This document shows positions 29,171 through 38,533 of a stretch of 62,258 nt of DNA, piece by piece; position 1 is the first letter of the stretch, and each line of letters begins with the position of its first letter. The notes beneath the pieces were generated by a model, which was not told the origin of the DNA, made no database searches, and saw only the letters and a program-made list of their open reading frames with translations. The position numbers were made by a program, and so were the translations under genes. This stretch comes from a virus (Duplodnaviria > Caudoviricetes). The stretch covers positions 1 through 62,258 of IMG/VR virus record IMGVR_UViG_3300043428_000132; one strand, given 5' to 3'.

Positions 29171-29506
29171 TTACACCCGAGTAATGTCCTGAACCGTTGG
29201 GATCACGAAGGTGTCGGTGGATCGAACCACCCCACCATCGCTCACTTGGATATCGCAGAAGAGATCAACGTCAGCGGGCCACGACTGCGTGCCGCCCGTC
29301 ACGGCAAGGTAGAACTTGCCCACGTTTGCCACCTGATTTGCGGCCACCGTCACGTTCAACGTGGCGACCAAAGCGCCTTCTTCGGTGCGAACCTGAGAGG
29401 CGAAGGTCTGCGTGGTGATGGCCGTAGGAACGCCAGCCACCTTGTAGGTGGCGGTCAGTCCAAAGGTATCGCCCACCTTCAGGGGCGCGGTGCGGGGGTA
29501 GGTCAT
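29171..29506 (-). CDS. Small beta-sandwich structural protein (BppU N-terminal-like)
   Basis: K.GDTF..., DIQ...G.V.ST..F......DIT motif. Confidence 0.6.
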   Translation of the reverse strand: MTYPRTAPLKVGDTFGLTATYKVAGVPTAITTQTFASQVRTEEGALVATLNVTVAANQVANVGKFYLAVTGGTQSWPADVDLFCDIQVSDGGVVRSTDTFVIPTVQDITRV

Positions 29507-29516
29507 CGGCGGGGCC

Positions 29517-30881
29517 TCACTCTTCTTCGTTGGCCTCGATTGTCGGATCAGCGGCCACCGCAGAAGGATCGCCCTCGTCGTCTGCGGCCTCTTCGGGTGC
29601 AGGCGGCAGGCCAGCGATATCGCGCAAGTGATTCTCGAGATCACGGTCGGGGAACAGTTGCGCCCCGGCCCCGGTGAGCTTGCCGAGGAAGTCGCCCAAC
29701 TCAGAGAGGTTCGGCTTCTCGAGGTCGGCGGGCACCAGCTTGGGCATGTACTCATGCTCCATGCCGTTCAACTTCCAGAGGCGCGGGAGCAGGTGGCGGT
29801 TGAAGGTGTCGGCGATCTTCTGCGTGAATGCGCCCACCGCAGTGGCGAAGAGCGCCGTCTTGTCGCTCGAGAGGGCAAAGCTGCCGACCGATTGTTGGCC
29901 GAGGAAGATGAAATCGGCCAAGACCGAGGTGGCGATGGCGCGGTTGTAGCGATCAACGATCTTCGTGGTGTCGAAGGTTCGAGAGCCGCCGGTTGAAAGC
30001 AGCTTGATATCGAACATGAGTTGTCCGTGTGAGTCACGGTCAGAGGGCAGCAAAATGCCTTCTTGCTGGTCGCGGCGCACCTGAGTGATCAGGCGCTTCC
30101 ATGCCCCGAGGGTTTGCTTTTGCAGAGCATCGGCGCTCGGGTCGAAGTATTGGCCCGGGATGTAAGCCACCGGCAGGCCAGCCAGATCGCGCTCCACACC
30201 GATGCCCTCGATCTCTTCGATGCGCTTCTTGAAGTACCAAGGGCGGTACCCCGTCCGCAGGATCGAACGGCCTTCTGGGTTGTTGCGGGCGTCCACCGTG
30301 CGGAAGAGCAAGAGCTTCTCGATGGGGATCATCACCATCGGGCGGGCAATGGGCTGCTGCCACATGCCGTCGATCGAGCCATCCAGCGGATCGATCACCC
30401 ACTTCACGATCGTGTTCTGGGCACGCAGGGCGATGTTGCGGATGCCGATCTTGCCGTCGGTGTAGGCCGAGCGATTCGCGCCGTCGGTGGCGTCCGGGCC
30501 ACCGCGCTTCTTCCAGATGATCTCCATCGGCGCGTAGCCGTAGGTGAACATCGTGCAGGCCTCTTCGATCACGGTGCTGAATGGCACGCTCATGTCGGCG
30601 AACACCTCTTCAGCGAACGTCTTGGCATCCTCGGCCTCGATCGAGTCGTCGCAGGCTTGGAAGTTCCACTTGGCCTGCCGGATCAGCATCGTGATGGCGT
30701 AGAGCACGGCACCCACGATCGGGTCGTTGTCCTCCATCTCCCGGTAGGTTTTGGCCCCGTTCAGGCCCCGCAGTTCCTTGAGGAATTCTTCTGCGATGTA
30801 GCCGCCGTATTGGCGAAGGCCTGTGTCGCCCAGCGTCTCGGGGGAGAACACCAGCTTGTTCGGTTGCGCTTCTTCACTCAT
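29517..30881 (-). CDS. Portal protein (DUF935 / Mu gp29-like)
   Basis: Follows terminase; NNPEGRSILR..YRPWYFK; ERDLAGLPV. Confidence 0.9.
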   Translation of the reverse strand: MSEEAQPNKLVFSPETLGDTGLRQYGGYIAEEFLKELRGLNGAKTYREMEDNDPIVGAVLYAITMLIRQAKWNFQACDDSIEAEDAKTFAEEVFADMSVPFSTVIEEACTMFTYGYAPMEIIWKKRGGPDATDGANRSAYTDGKIGIRNIALRAQNTIVKWVIDPLDGSIDGMWQQPIARPMVMIPIEKLLLFRTVDARNNPEGRSILRTGYRPWYFKKRIEEIEGIGVERDLAGLPVAYIPGQYFDPSADALQKQTLGAWKRLITQVRRDQQEGILLPSDRDSHGQLMFDIKLLSTGGSRTFDTTKIVDRYNRAIATSVLADFIFLGQQSVGSFALSSDKTALFATAVGAFTQKIADTFNRHLLPRLWKLNGMEHEYMPKLVPADLEKPNLSELGDFLGKLTGAGAQLFPDRDLENHLRDIAGLPPAPEEAADDEGDPSAVAADPTIEANEEE

Positions 30882-32151
30882 CCTGATCTCCTGCGTTTTC
30901 AAAGGCCCCCAGCCAAGGGCTGATTCGGGCGAGGTTTGAGGGCTGTGCCCCGTACACCGACGGGTTCACGGCCCTAAGTTTTTCCACCGCGAGGGCCAAG
31001 GCCATCACGCAATCGTCGTGATAGCCCACGGGTGCCGAGTATCGGACACCGGTTCGCGTGTAGACGTACTCGAAGTTCTCCAACTCGGCCCGGATGGGGC
31101 CATCGGGGAACTTCACTAGGCCGGTTTGGATGGCGACAACGAGGCCTTCCATCAACCGTTGCTTGCTCGTTGCCGAGAACTTGAAGCCCTCGAACACGTT
31201 GTGGCGTTTCTTTTGCAGACGCTCGACCACCGGATCGCCCACCCCGGTGGAGTCAACGAGGGTGGGGGTGCGCCCCACAATCCCCAGAATTTTCGTCTCT
31301 GTGTCTTCCCACGGTGACTGCCAGCGCTCGAATCCGCAGGTGACGCCGTGCCGATCCAGCCCGATTGCCACGGCCCAATCGATGCTCTTGGCGAGGTCGA
31401 TGCCGATCGCGGCGGCGGGTGCGGTGGACATGGGAGCCACGCAGGCCCGGATGAAGGCCATGCCGAAGGGGTTGCCCTCGTCGTCGCTGGGTTCGGCCAA
31501 GTACAGTTCCCGGAACACGTTCTCGGGCAGCACGCGCTTGGCGTCCTCGATCTCCTTGATATCCAGCACGCCACCGGCAGCGGCGTCGTAGGCGTTGAGC
31601 TTGGCGTAGCTCATCCCCGGCTCACCGGCCTCGGCCTTGCGTGCCAGCTTGAAGTGCCAGTTGGTGCGGCCCTTCACGTTCCCGATGATCCTCACCTTGC
31701 CCTTGGTGGCGGTGAGCGTGGAGCGGACGGCAATCCACGATTCTTCCCGGCAGCGCGAGGCCTCATCGACCACGGCGGCGAAAACGTCCTCACCGTAGAG
31801 GTTGTCGGGCTTCTCAGCCGACTTGAACCACACCACCGCCCCATTGGGCAGTTCAAGGCTCATCTCGGTCTCGTTGGCCTTGAACATGGCCTTGGGCAGG
31901 CCGCGCTTAATGCGTCGGAAGGCAATCTTGGCCTGTGGGTAGACCGGAGCCACCCACCAGTAGTTCCGCCCCGGCTTGCCGTGGATGAAGGCCTGCTCCA
32001 TGAGCCATGCCATGCACCCTACGGTCTTGCCCGCCTTCGTGGAGGCCTCGATCAGCGCGTATCGGGCCGGGTTGCCCTCACAGTCCACGCAATCGAAGAT
32101 CGCCTCACGCTGGCGATCGTAGAGCCACGGGCGAACGTACTCAGCCCTCAC
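30874..32151 (-). CDS. terL: Terminase large subunit
   Basis: Walker A ASTKAGKT, Walker B VVDEA, nuclease IGIDLA..D and HDDCVMALAL. Confidence 0.93.
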   Translation of the reverse strand: MRAEYVRPWLYDRQREAIFDCVDCEGNPARYALIEASTKAGKTVGCMAWLMEQAFIHGKPGRNYWWVAPVYPQAKIAFRRIKRGLPKAMFKANETEMSLELPNGAVVWFKSAEKPDNLYGEDVFAAVVDEASRCREESWIAVRSTLTATKGKVRIIGNVKGRTNWHFKLARKAEAGEPGMSYAKLNAYDAAAGGVLDIKEIEDAKRVLPENVFRELYLAEPSDDEGNPFGMAFIRACVAPMSTAPAAAIGIDLAKSIDWAVAIGLDRHGVTCGFERWQSPWEDTETKILGIVGRTPTLVDSTGVGDPVVERLQKKRHNVFEGFKFSATSKQRLMEGLVVAIQTGLVKFPDGPIRAELENFEYVYTRTGVRYSAPVGYHDDCVMALALAVEKLRAVNPSVYGAQPSNLARISPWLGAFENAGDQDE

Positions 32152-32647
32152 CGCGCTCCCCGATCTTCAGCGTGAAGGTCATCACCTGCTCAGTGCCATC
32201 GGTGGCCGTTTGGGTGGCCTTCACCTGAGCGCTCATCCCGTCATCACGCCAGCCGTGTTGCTTGAGGATGAAGATCGCGGCGGTGTTCGCGGCCTTCATG
32301 TCCCGGGTCTGGGTGGCGTTCGAGTAGAGGTTGTTCACCACCCGGGCCAGCATCTTTGCCTTGCCGTCGGTGAGTTCGGCTGCGTAGTGCTTCTCGAGCG
32401 TGTGCTTGGCGATCCCCACCACGGCTGCGGCCTGTTCGTGGGTCATGTTGGCGAACATGCACAGGGCCACCAGCGCCCGGGCCTGATCGGTGGGCACGTG
32501 GGCAACACCCGGGTTCCTCTTTTTTTCCTTGGGGGCAAGGTGAGGGGGCAGAGGTGCGATCGCGGCTGTGGGGTTCGCGGGTTTCGCGGCTTTCTTCGCT
32601 GGGGCCTTGGTGGCTTTCGCGGGGGCTTTCTGTGGAGTGGCTTTCAT
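32141..32647 (-). CDS. terS: Terminase small subunit
   Basis: Upstream of terL; HTH then TL.KHY..EL..G and AAIF.LK...GW. Confidence 0.85.
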   Translation of the reverse strand: MKATPQKAPAKATKAPAKKAAKPANPTAAIAPLPPHLAPKEKKRNPGVAHVPTDQARALVALCMFANMTHEQAAAVVGIAKHTLEKHYAAELTDGKAKMLARVVNNLYSNATQTRDMKAANTAAIFILKQHGWRDDGMSAQVKATQTATDGTEQVMTFTLKIGERGEG

Positions 32648-32665
32648 AGGCTCTCATTATCGTGT

Positions 32666-32749
32666 TATCAGCCTATTGACACTTTCTCATTTCGACGGTG
32701 TAATATCACCACTGTGATACGGAAAGCACAGGAAACAGGAGAAAACGCA
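32666..32749 (+). promoter_or_regulatory. Early promoter with operator-like palindromes and GGAGAAAACGCA RBS
   Basis: TTGACA 32676, TGTAAT/TAATAT near 32699-32706, TATCACCACTGTGATA 32704, RBS 32738. Confidence 0.7.
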
Positions 32750-32750
32750 A

Positions 32751-34879
32751 ATGGAACAAGCAACACAAACCAACGGCCTTGTGGAGGCCCTCGAACTGGT
32801 GCAGGAGCGGGTGGAGGCGATCGGCTTCCCACGCATCAGCCCTGAATCACTCATGGCGCTGGGTGAGCAACTCGATGATGAAAGCGAGAACGTGTGCCGT
32901 GCCTACCGCAAGGTGATGGCTGGCTTCCGTACCTTGCTCGCCCCCGTGGAGGCCGCATGAACTTCGCCGCCACTGAGAAGGCGCTCGACAAGCTGATCGA
33001 GCAACGCCCTTGGATCGCCTCGATCGATACCGATGAACCCGGCACGTTCATCGTTACCCTGCACCAGCCTTGGTGCTTCTACCTCGATCCCGGCTGTGGG
33101 GTGCGAGGGTTCGACACCCTTGCTGAGGTGAGGAAGAGCACTACCGATCTGGATGTGTACCAGAAGGTGCCGAGCGCAACTTTTGAGAAAGTAGAAGCGC
33201 ACGAAGTGACACCGGAGGTCGAATCTTTGATCCTGAAGATCGCCAACGGCATCGCCAGCGTGAAGCTGGCATCGGCCAAGAAGCGCGGTCGCAAGTCGAT
33301 GCTCACCCCGGTGATCGAAGGCCTCGAGAAGGGCGAGGTGCTGCCGCTCGAGTTCGCCAGCGAGGCCAACTACACCTACAACCGGCACGCTGATCGGCTG
33401 CACAAGCTGGCCTTGGAGGGCAACCTCGAGGCGCTCGAGGCGACCGAGATCGGCGGGGTGAACACCTATGCCAAGGCCCTGCGTGGGTACCGCGATCTGC
33501 TGATCCAGCACTTGCTCAAGAAGGCAGGTGCAGCATGACCCGCAAGGATGCCGAAGACCTGCGCTTCATCACCCGCGATCAGGCGGTCGATGTGGTGATC
33601 AGGCTCATGGAAGAACGCGATGCGTGCGTGAACGCCCTGTACCTGTACCTGAAGGCAGGCGTTGGCAACTCCACATGCTTCGCGCTCCAACTCCAAGCCG
33701 ATCAAATGGCCCGGGACGCCATTGCGAAGGCTCAGAACTAATTTTCCGAAAGTAGAACGATGAAAACTGATAACCGAGAGAAGCAAACGAACCTTGCGGT
33801 GGCGTTGGCAAGAATGACGATGGGCGCGGGCGAAGAGATGGGCCTGAGCGGCGCGGAGATCATCGAGGCGACGGTGTATGCCCTCGCGATGACCTGCTGC
33901 GATATGACCAGCCCTGAGAATCGAAGCCTGTGCGTGAACGAGGCCGCAAAGCTGCTGTCCACCTACGCCACCCCGGTGACCGTCACCAGCCCCCTGCAAA
34001 GCCTTGCCACCCACTGAAGGAGACCTCATGGCATCAATCTGGATTCAACGAAGCGGCGAGGCTCAGGCCACGAAGCTGAAGGGCCACCTCGACACGGCGA
34101 TCGCCAAGCGCCTGTTCGACCAGTACCTCACTTGGTGGGATCAAGACGAAAAGCAGCGAGCCGAGCGGGTGTTCAAGTACGAGGCGCTGCTCAAGCGAAA
34201 AAATAAGATCAAGGCTCTGATCTACGTCGAGTTCCACTCGGTGCCCAGCGCGGAGGAACCCGGTCAGCCAAAGCGAAAGGCCACCGCATGAGCAAGGCAC
34301 AACAAGTTTTCGAGGCCATCATGCGAGTGAAGGGCCACACTGACTTCACCGTGAACAAGAACGGCAAGTACAACGTGCCAGCCTTGCAAGTGCGCTGGGG
34401 CTACTTCCAGTTGGGGTGGGAGATGCGCGAGGTGACGGCATGACGCCCGAGCGCTACTTCTGCGAGCGATGCGGCAAGCGCGTGGGCGGCGGTGAGTGGG
34501 ATATCCACACCTGCACACCGCCTGCCGATGTTTCCCTCACCAGTGAGGGTAAGAAGCATGGGCCGACGGACGAACAAGCCGAGGCGGCGTTCAACGAGTT
34601 CGCGGCCAAGTACGACACGTTTTCCGATCGCTGGCAGGACATGGCGAGCAACGAATACTTCACGGCGGGCTACAAAGCCGGGTGGAAAGCCGCGAAAGGC
34701 CAGCCATGACCGACCTCACCTACATGATCTACGGGATGCTTTTCGTACTCGTCACAAGGCTGCTTTTCAAGCTGCTGCTGCCGCCAAAACAAACCGTCGA
34801 CCCCAACTGCCCGCACTGCCGAGGCATCGGGTACGACGCGAGCGGCTACGCTTGCACCTGCATCAAGGAATCACCATGA
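32751..34879 (+). other. Early cassette of small genes: 32751-32960, 32957-33538, 33535-33741, 33760-34017, 34028-34291, 34288-34443, 34440-34709, 34706-34879
   Basis: Tandem, mostly ATGA-coupled ORFs with RBS; last two have CxxC zinc motifs. Confidence 0.65.
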
Positions 34880-35121
34880 ACATCACGATCTACACAAAAT
34901 CCAACTGCCCCAACTGCATCGAGGCCAAGCGGCTGCTCGAGCGCCACAAGCTGCGTCATATCGCCATAAGCCTCGATGACCCGAACGCCCTTGCTCAGTT
35001 CGTGACGGAGAACCCGGGCGTGCGCCAAATGCCCCAGATTTACTTCAACGACCAGCGCGTGGGTGGCCTTGCTGGCCTGAAGGCGGCGATGGTGCAGGCC
35101 AAGATCGTGGAGGCTCCATGA
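34876..35121 (+). CDS. Glutaredoxin
   Basis: IYTKSNCPNC active site; R.MPQIY...VGG. Confidence 0.9.
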   Translation: MNITIYTKSNCPNCIEAKRLLERHKLRHIAISLDDPNALAQFVTENPGVRQMPQIYFNDQRVGGLAGLKAAMVQAKIVEAP

Positions 35122-35276
35122 AGATCACCACACGGCTTCGTCGCCTCCAATGCTGGCTCAAGGGGCACATTCGCGAGGATTTCGTCGTCTGGGCCACCGG
35201 GAAGAGGAAGCACACAAAGCGCTTCGAGTACCGGTGCGTGCGGTGCGGCCTCAAACTGACGAAGGAGCAGGCATGA
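35118..35276 (+). CDS. Small zinc-binding protein
   Basis: C...GH and CVRCG motifs; ATGA-coupled. Confidence 0.55.
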   Translation: MKITTRLRRLQCWLKGHIREDFVVWATGKRKHTKRFEYRCVRCGLKLTKEQA

Positions 35277-35728
35277 GAAAGCGCACCCGTCGCAAGGTCT
35301 GGAACCTGCTGAACCCCGTGCAGCACGCGATCGAGGGCGCGGCCTACGTGCCCGAGGCCCTGCTCGCGCCCCTGCGTCTGCGCGAACTCGCGGCGATAGA
35401 GGCTTTCCGCACCGGCACTGCCGGGTTGCATGAGTGGCACGATGTGAACGCGATGCACGGCCTGTGCGAGACGATGGCCCGGCAGGGCGTTGGCCCCGAG
35501 GCGCTTGAGGCCTGCGAACGTGCGGAGCACCACCTCATCGAGGCGGCACGTCGGTTCGAGAAGACCGGCAAGATGGGCATCAGCGGCCCGGGCTTGCAGG
35601 CGTTTCGCGATGTGTTCCAGTACCACGACCTGCAACGGCAAAGCGTGGCCCGGGCCACCTACGATCAAATGATCAGGCTCGCGACGGCCCGAATCCGATC
35701 ACAAGCCCCCGGCATCACCGTTCTTTGA
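35273..35728 (+). CDS. Phage hypothetical protein
   Basis: MRKRTRRKVW.L.NP..HAI.GA start recalled from proteobacterial phages. Confidence 0.65.
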   Translation: MRKRTRRKVWNLLNPVQHAIEGAAYVPEALLAPLRLRELAAIEAFRTGTAGLHEWHDVNAMHGLCETMARQGVGPEALEACERAEHHLIEAARRFEKTGKMGISGPGLQAFRDVFQYHDLQRQSVARATYDQMIRLATARIRSQAPGITVL

Positions 35729-37027
35729 GGCCTTGGCCTTTTTGGCCTTGGCTTGCTTTTTGTCCTGCTGCCCCTGCTGGTTCCCGACCAGCTTGCCCGG
35801 GGCACGCTCCCCCATCACCTCGGTGAAGGTGCGCCCGTCGGCCTCGAGGATGGCGTGCTGGCCCGTGAAGGCCTGCCAGCGCAACACCCCCACATCGACG
35901 TAGGCAGGCTCGAGTTCGAGCGCGTGGCAAGTGCGGCCCGTCATCTCGCACGCGATGATCGTGGTACCGGAGCCGGAGAACGGCTCATAGATGGCATGGC
36001 CCGGGCTTGAGTTGTTCTCGATCGGGCGCTTCATGGCATCGACGGGCTTCTGGGTACCGTGGCCGGTGTCGCTCTTGGCGTGATCGATCTGCCACACCGT
36101 CGTCTGCGAGCGATCGCCAGCCCAATGGCCGGTTGCGCCGTCGCGCACCACGTACCAAGCCGATTCATGCTGCGGGTGATAGTGGCCCCGCGAGAGCACC
36201 ATGCGGCTCTTGGCCCACACGATCTGAGCACGAATCTTGAAGTTCGCGGCGATCAGGCTGTCGGCCACCGTGTGCGCGTGGATCATGCCGTGCCACACAT
36301 AGGCCACATCCCCGGGGAAGAGCGCCCACGCCTCACGCCAGTCGGCGCGGTCGTCGTTCTGCACCTTACCCTCGGCACGCTTTGCGCCATCCTTGAGCGC
36401 CTTGGATCGCCAATCGGGGTCGTACTCCACGCCGTAGGGTGGGTCGGTCACCATCAGGTGAGGCTTCACGCCGTTCAAGGCCTTACTCACGGCGTCCGCG
36501 CTGGTTGAATCGCCGCACACCAGCCGGTGACGGCCCAGCACCCACACATCCCCGGGCACGGCTACGGGGAAGTCCGGGGTGGGCGGCACATCGTCGGGGT
36601 CGGTGTTGCCATCGGTGCCCAGCGGGGCCAGCAACTTGTCCAGTTCATCCACGCTGAAGCCGATCAGGCCGAGATCGAAGTTCGCGGTGTTGAGATCGGC
36701 CAACTCGAGGCGCAGGAGGTTCATGTCCCAGCCAGCGTTCTCGGCCAACTTGTTGTCGGCGATCACCAGTGCGCGGCGTTGCTCGGGCGAGAGGCCTTCG
36801 ATCGTGATCGTGGGCACATCGGCCATGCCCAGCTTCTGAGCCGCCATGAGCCGCCCGTGGCCCGCAATGATCTCGCCAGCCTCGTCGCACAGGATCGGGT
36901 TCGTCCAGCCCCATTCCTTGATCGCCGCCGCGATCTGCGCCACCTGAAGGTCGGAGTGAGTGCGCGAGTTCTGTGCGTAGGGCACAAGCGCGGCGACGGC
37001 GCGGTAGGTGACGGCGAGTTTTTGCAT
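35699..37027 (-). CDS. ParB-N domain fused to N6A/N4C DNA methyltransferase
   Basis: PYAQNSRTHS..IIAGHGR..ADNK; TDPPY; HGTQKP; EPFSGSGTT. Confidence 0.92.
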   Translation of the reverse strand: MQKLAVTYRAVAALVPYAQNSRTHSDLQVAQIAAAIKEWGWTNPILCDEAGEIIAGHGRLMAAQKLGMADVPTITIEGLSPEQRRALVIADNKLAENAGWDMNLLRLELADLNTANFDLGLIGFSVDELDKLLAPLGTDGNTDPDDVPPTPDFPVAVPGDVWVLGRHRLVCGDSTSADAVSKALNGVKPHLMVTDPPYGVEYDPDWRSKALKDGAKRAEGKVQNDDRADWREAWALFPGDVAYVWHGMIHAHTVADSLIAANFKIRAQIVWAKSRMVLSRGHYHPQHESAWYVVRDGATGHWAGDRSQTTVWQIDHAKSDTGHGTQKPVDAMKRPIENNSSPGHAIYEPFSGSGTTIIACEMTGRTCHALELEPAYVDVGVLRWQAFTGQHAILEADGRTFTEVMGERAPGKLVGNQQGQQDKKQAKAKKAKASKNGDAGGL

Positions 37028-37042
37028 CTTTTGGCTTGGCGT

Positions 37043-37067
37043 AAAAAAAGCGCCACGTGGGCGCTTT
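37043..37067 (-). terminator. Rho-independent terminator directly upstream of the methylase gene
   Basis: AAAGCGCC-CACGT-GGCGCTTT plus T run on minus strand. Confidence 0.75.
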
Positions 37068-37200
37068 GACATTGAATTGCCCCAAGGGGGGCCACCGAGC
37101 GGGAGGTTTGGGAGAAAACGCAGGGATCGCCCGGTGGCCTAAGCGCTCTTGCAAGCCCGGAGAAGCAACAACAACGCTGTGCCGCAATCGTATCGGCGAA
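37043..37200 (-). ncRNA. Candidate anti-RBS small RNA (5' end uncertain)
   Basis: 12-bp stem 37090-37101/37128-37139 with G-U pair on minus strand; loop UGCGUUUUCUCC antisense to the repeated RBS; ends in terminator. Confidence 0.55.
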
Positions 37201-37275
37201 TGAGTGCGCCGTGTGATGGAAATCTCATAGGCGTGATGAAAACCGATCTTTTTCCGTCTTTTTTGCTTTTTCCTC

Positions 37276-37369
37276 TTGATGGTTCTCACAGAAGTGATAC
37301 AGTCAAGCCATCGAAACACTTTTCCAAAAGTAGTTTCGGTGAAATTGATAACCAACCGGAGAAAACGCA
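37276..37369 (+). promoter_or_regulatory. Promoter/operator and GGAGAAAACGCA RBS
   Basis: AT-rich; TCTCACAGAAGTGATA 37284; RBS 37358. Confidence 0.6.
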
Positions 37370-38533
37370 ATGACCCACGTGATCGATCACACCAAAGGCC
37401 AGATGGTCGGTGCAGTGAGTGCCCAATGGGCCAGCCGCCCCGATGATCAGAAGTTCCTCAGCCTGAGCGAGCTTCGCGGCAAGGTGGCCCAATACGCCAC
37501 CGAAAGCCGCACCATCGATGTGCTGCCCCAAGAGATCGTCGCCAGCTACGACGCCGCCAACCCCTCGATCCTGCGCCTCGGCATGAACGGCTGCGCCGAC
37601 CTCGAGCCAACCCATTGGGGCTTCGATCAGATCGCTCGAGTGGCCGGTGCACCTGCCAGCTACCTGCGCGAGTTGCCCGGGCCTCTGGCTGCGCTGAACC
37701 TGAACTACGGCCTCAAGGTGGCCGATGCCAAGCCCGTGCAGGCCTACGTTCGCGAGAACGGCACCACCAGCCTGCGCGGCATCACCTCCACCAAGTACGG
37801 TCGCATCCTCGACCGCGATGTGGCCGATGCCGTGATCAACGTGGCAGGCGACGGCACGGGCGACACCCGCTGGAAGGTTCCCGGCGTGATCGAGTGGGGC
37901 AACAAGTTCGGGGTTTCCTACAACCCCAACGTGGATATCACCCGCGAGAACACCACGCTCTACGCCAGCGACCGCGATCTGTTCATCTTCCTCGTTGACG
38001 ACCTGAACCCGATCGAAGTGGGCAAGCTGGCGAACGGCCAGCCCGACCTCATGTTCCGGGGCTTCTACGTGTGGAACTCTGAGGTGGGTTCCCGCACCTA
38101 CGGCTTTGCCTCGATGTACCTGCGCGGCGTGTGCCAGAACCGCAACCTGTGGGGCGTGGAGGGCTTCAACGAGATCGTGTTCAAGCACACCTCGATGGCC
38201 CCCGAGCGCTTCGAGGTGGAAGCCGAGCCTGCGCTGGTGGAGTTTGCAGGCGGCTCGACCGACAAGGTTGTGAAGGGCGTTGCCGCTGCCAAGAAGGCGA
38301 TCGCAGCCAAGACCGACGAAGAGCGCCTCGAGTTCCTCGGCAAGCTGGGGTTCTCCCAGAAAGCGGCCAAGAACGTGATCGACACGGCATTGATCGAAGA
38401 GCAGTGCCCGCCCTCGAGCATGTGGGACTTTGCTCAGGCCATCAGCGCCAGCGCCCGCAAGCTGGATTTCCAAGATGCCCGCCTGAAGATGGAAGCCATC
38501 GCTGGTGCAGTTCTCGACAAGGTGGCCGCATGA
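37370..38533 (+). CDS. DUF932-like protein
   Basis: W.SRPDDQKFLSL, PTHW.F.Q, LYASDRD.F.FL, WNSEVG and VCQNR motifs. Confidence 0.8.
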   Translation: MTHVIDHTKGQMVGAVSAQWASRPDDQKFLSLSELRGKVAQYATESRTIDVLPQEIVASYDAANPSILRLGMNGCADLEPTHWGFDQIARVAGAPASYLRELPGPLAALNLNYGLKVADAKPVQAYVRENGTTSLRGITSTKYGRILDRDVADAVINVAGDGTGDTRWKVPGVIEWGNKFGVSYNPNVDITRENTTLYASDRDLFIFLVDDLNPIEVGKLANGQPDLMFRGFYVWNSEVGSRTYGFASMYLRGVCQNRNLWGVEGFNEIVFKHTSMAPERFEVEAEPALVEFAGGSTDKVVKGVAAAKKAIAAKTDEERLEFLGKLGFSQKAAKNVIDTALIEEQCPPSSMWDFAQAISASARKLDFQDARLKMEAIAGAVLDKVAA

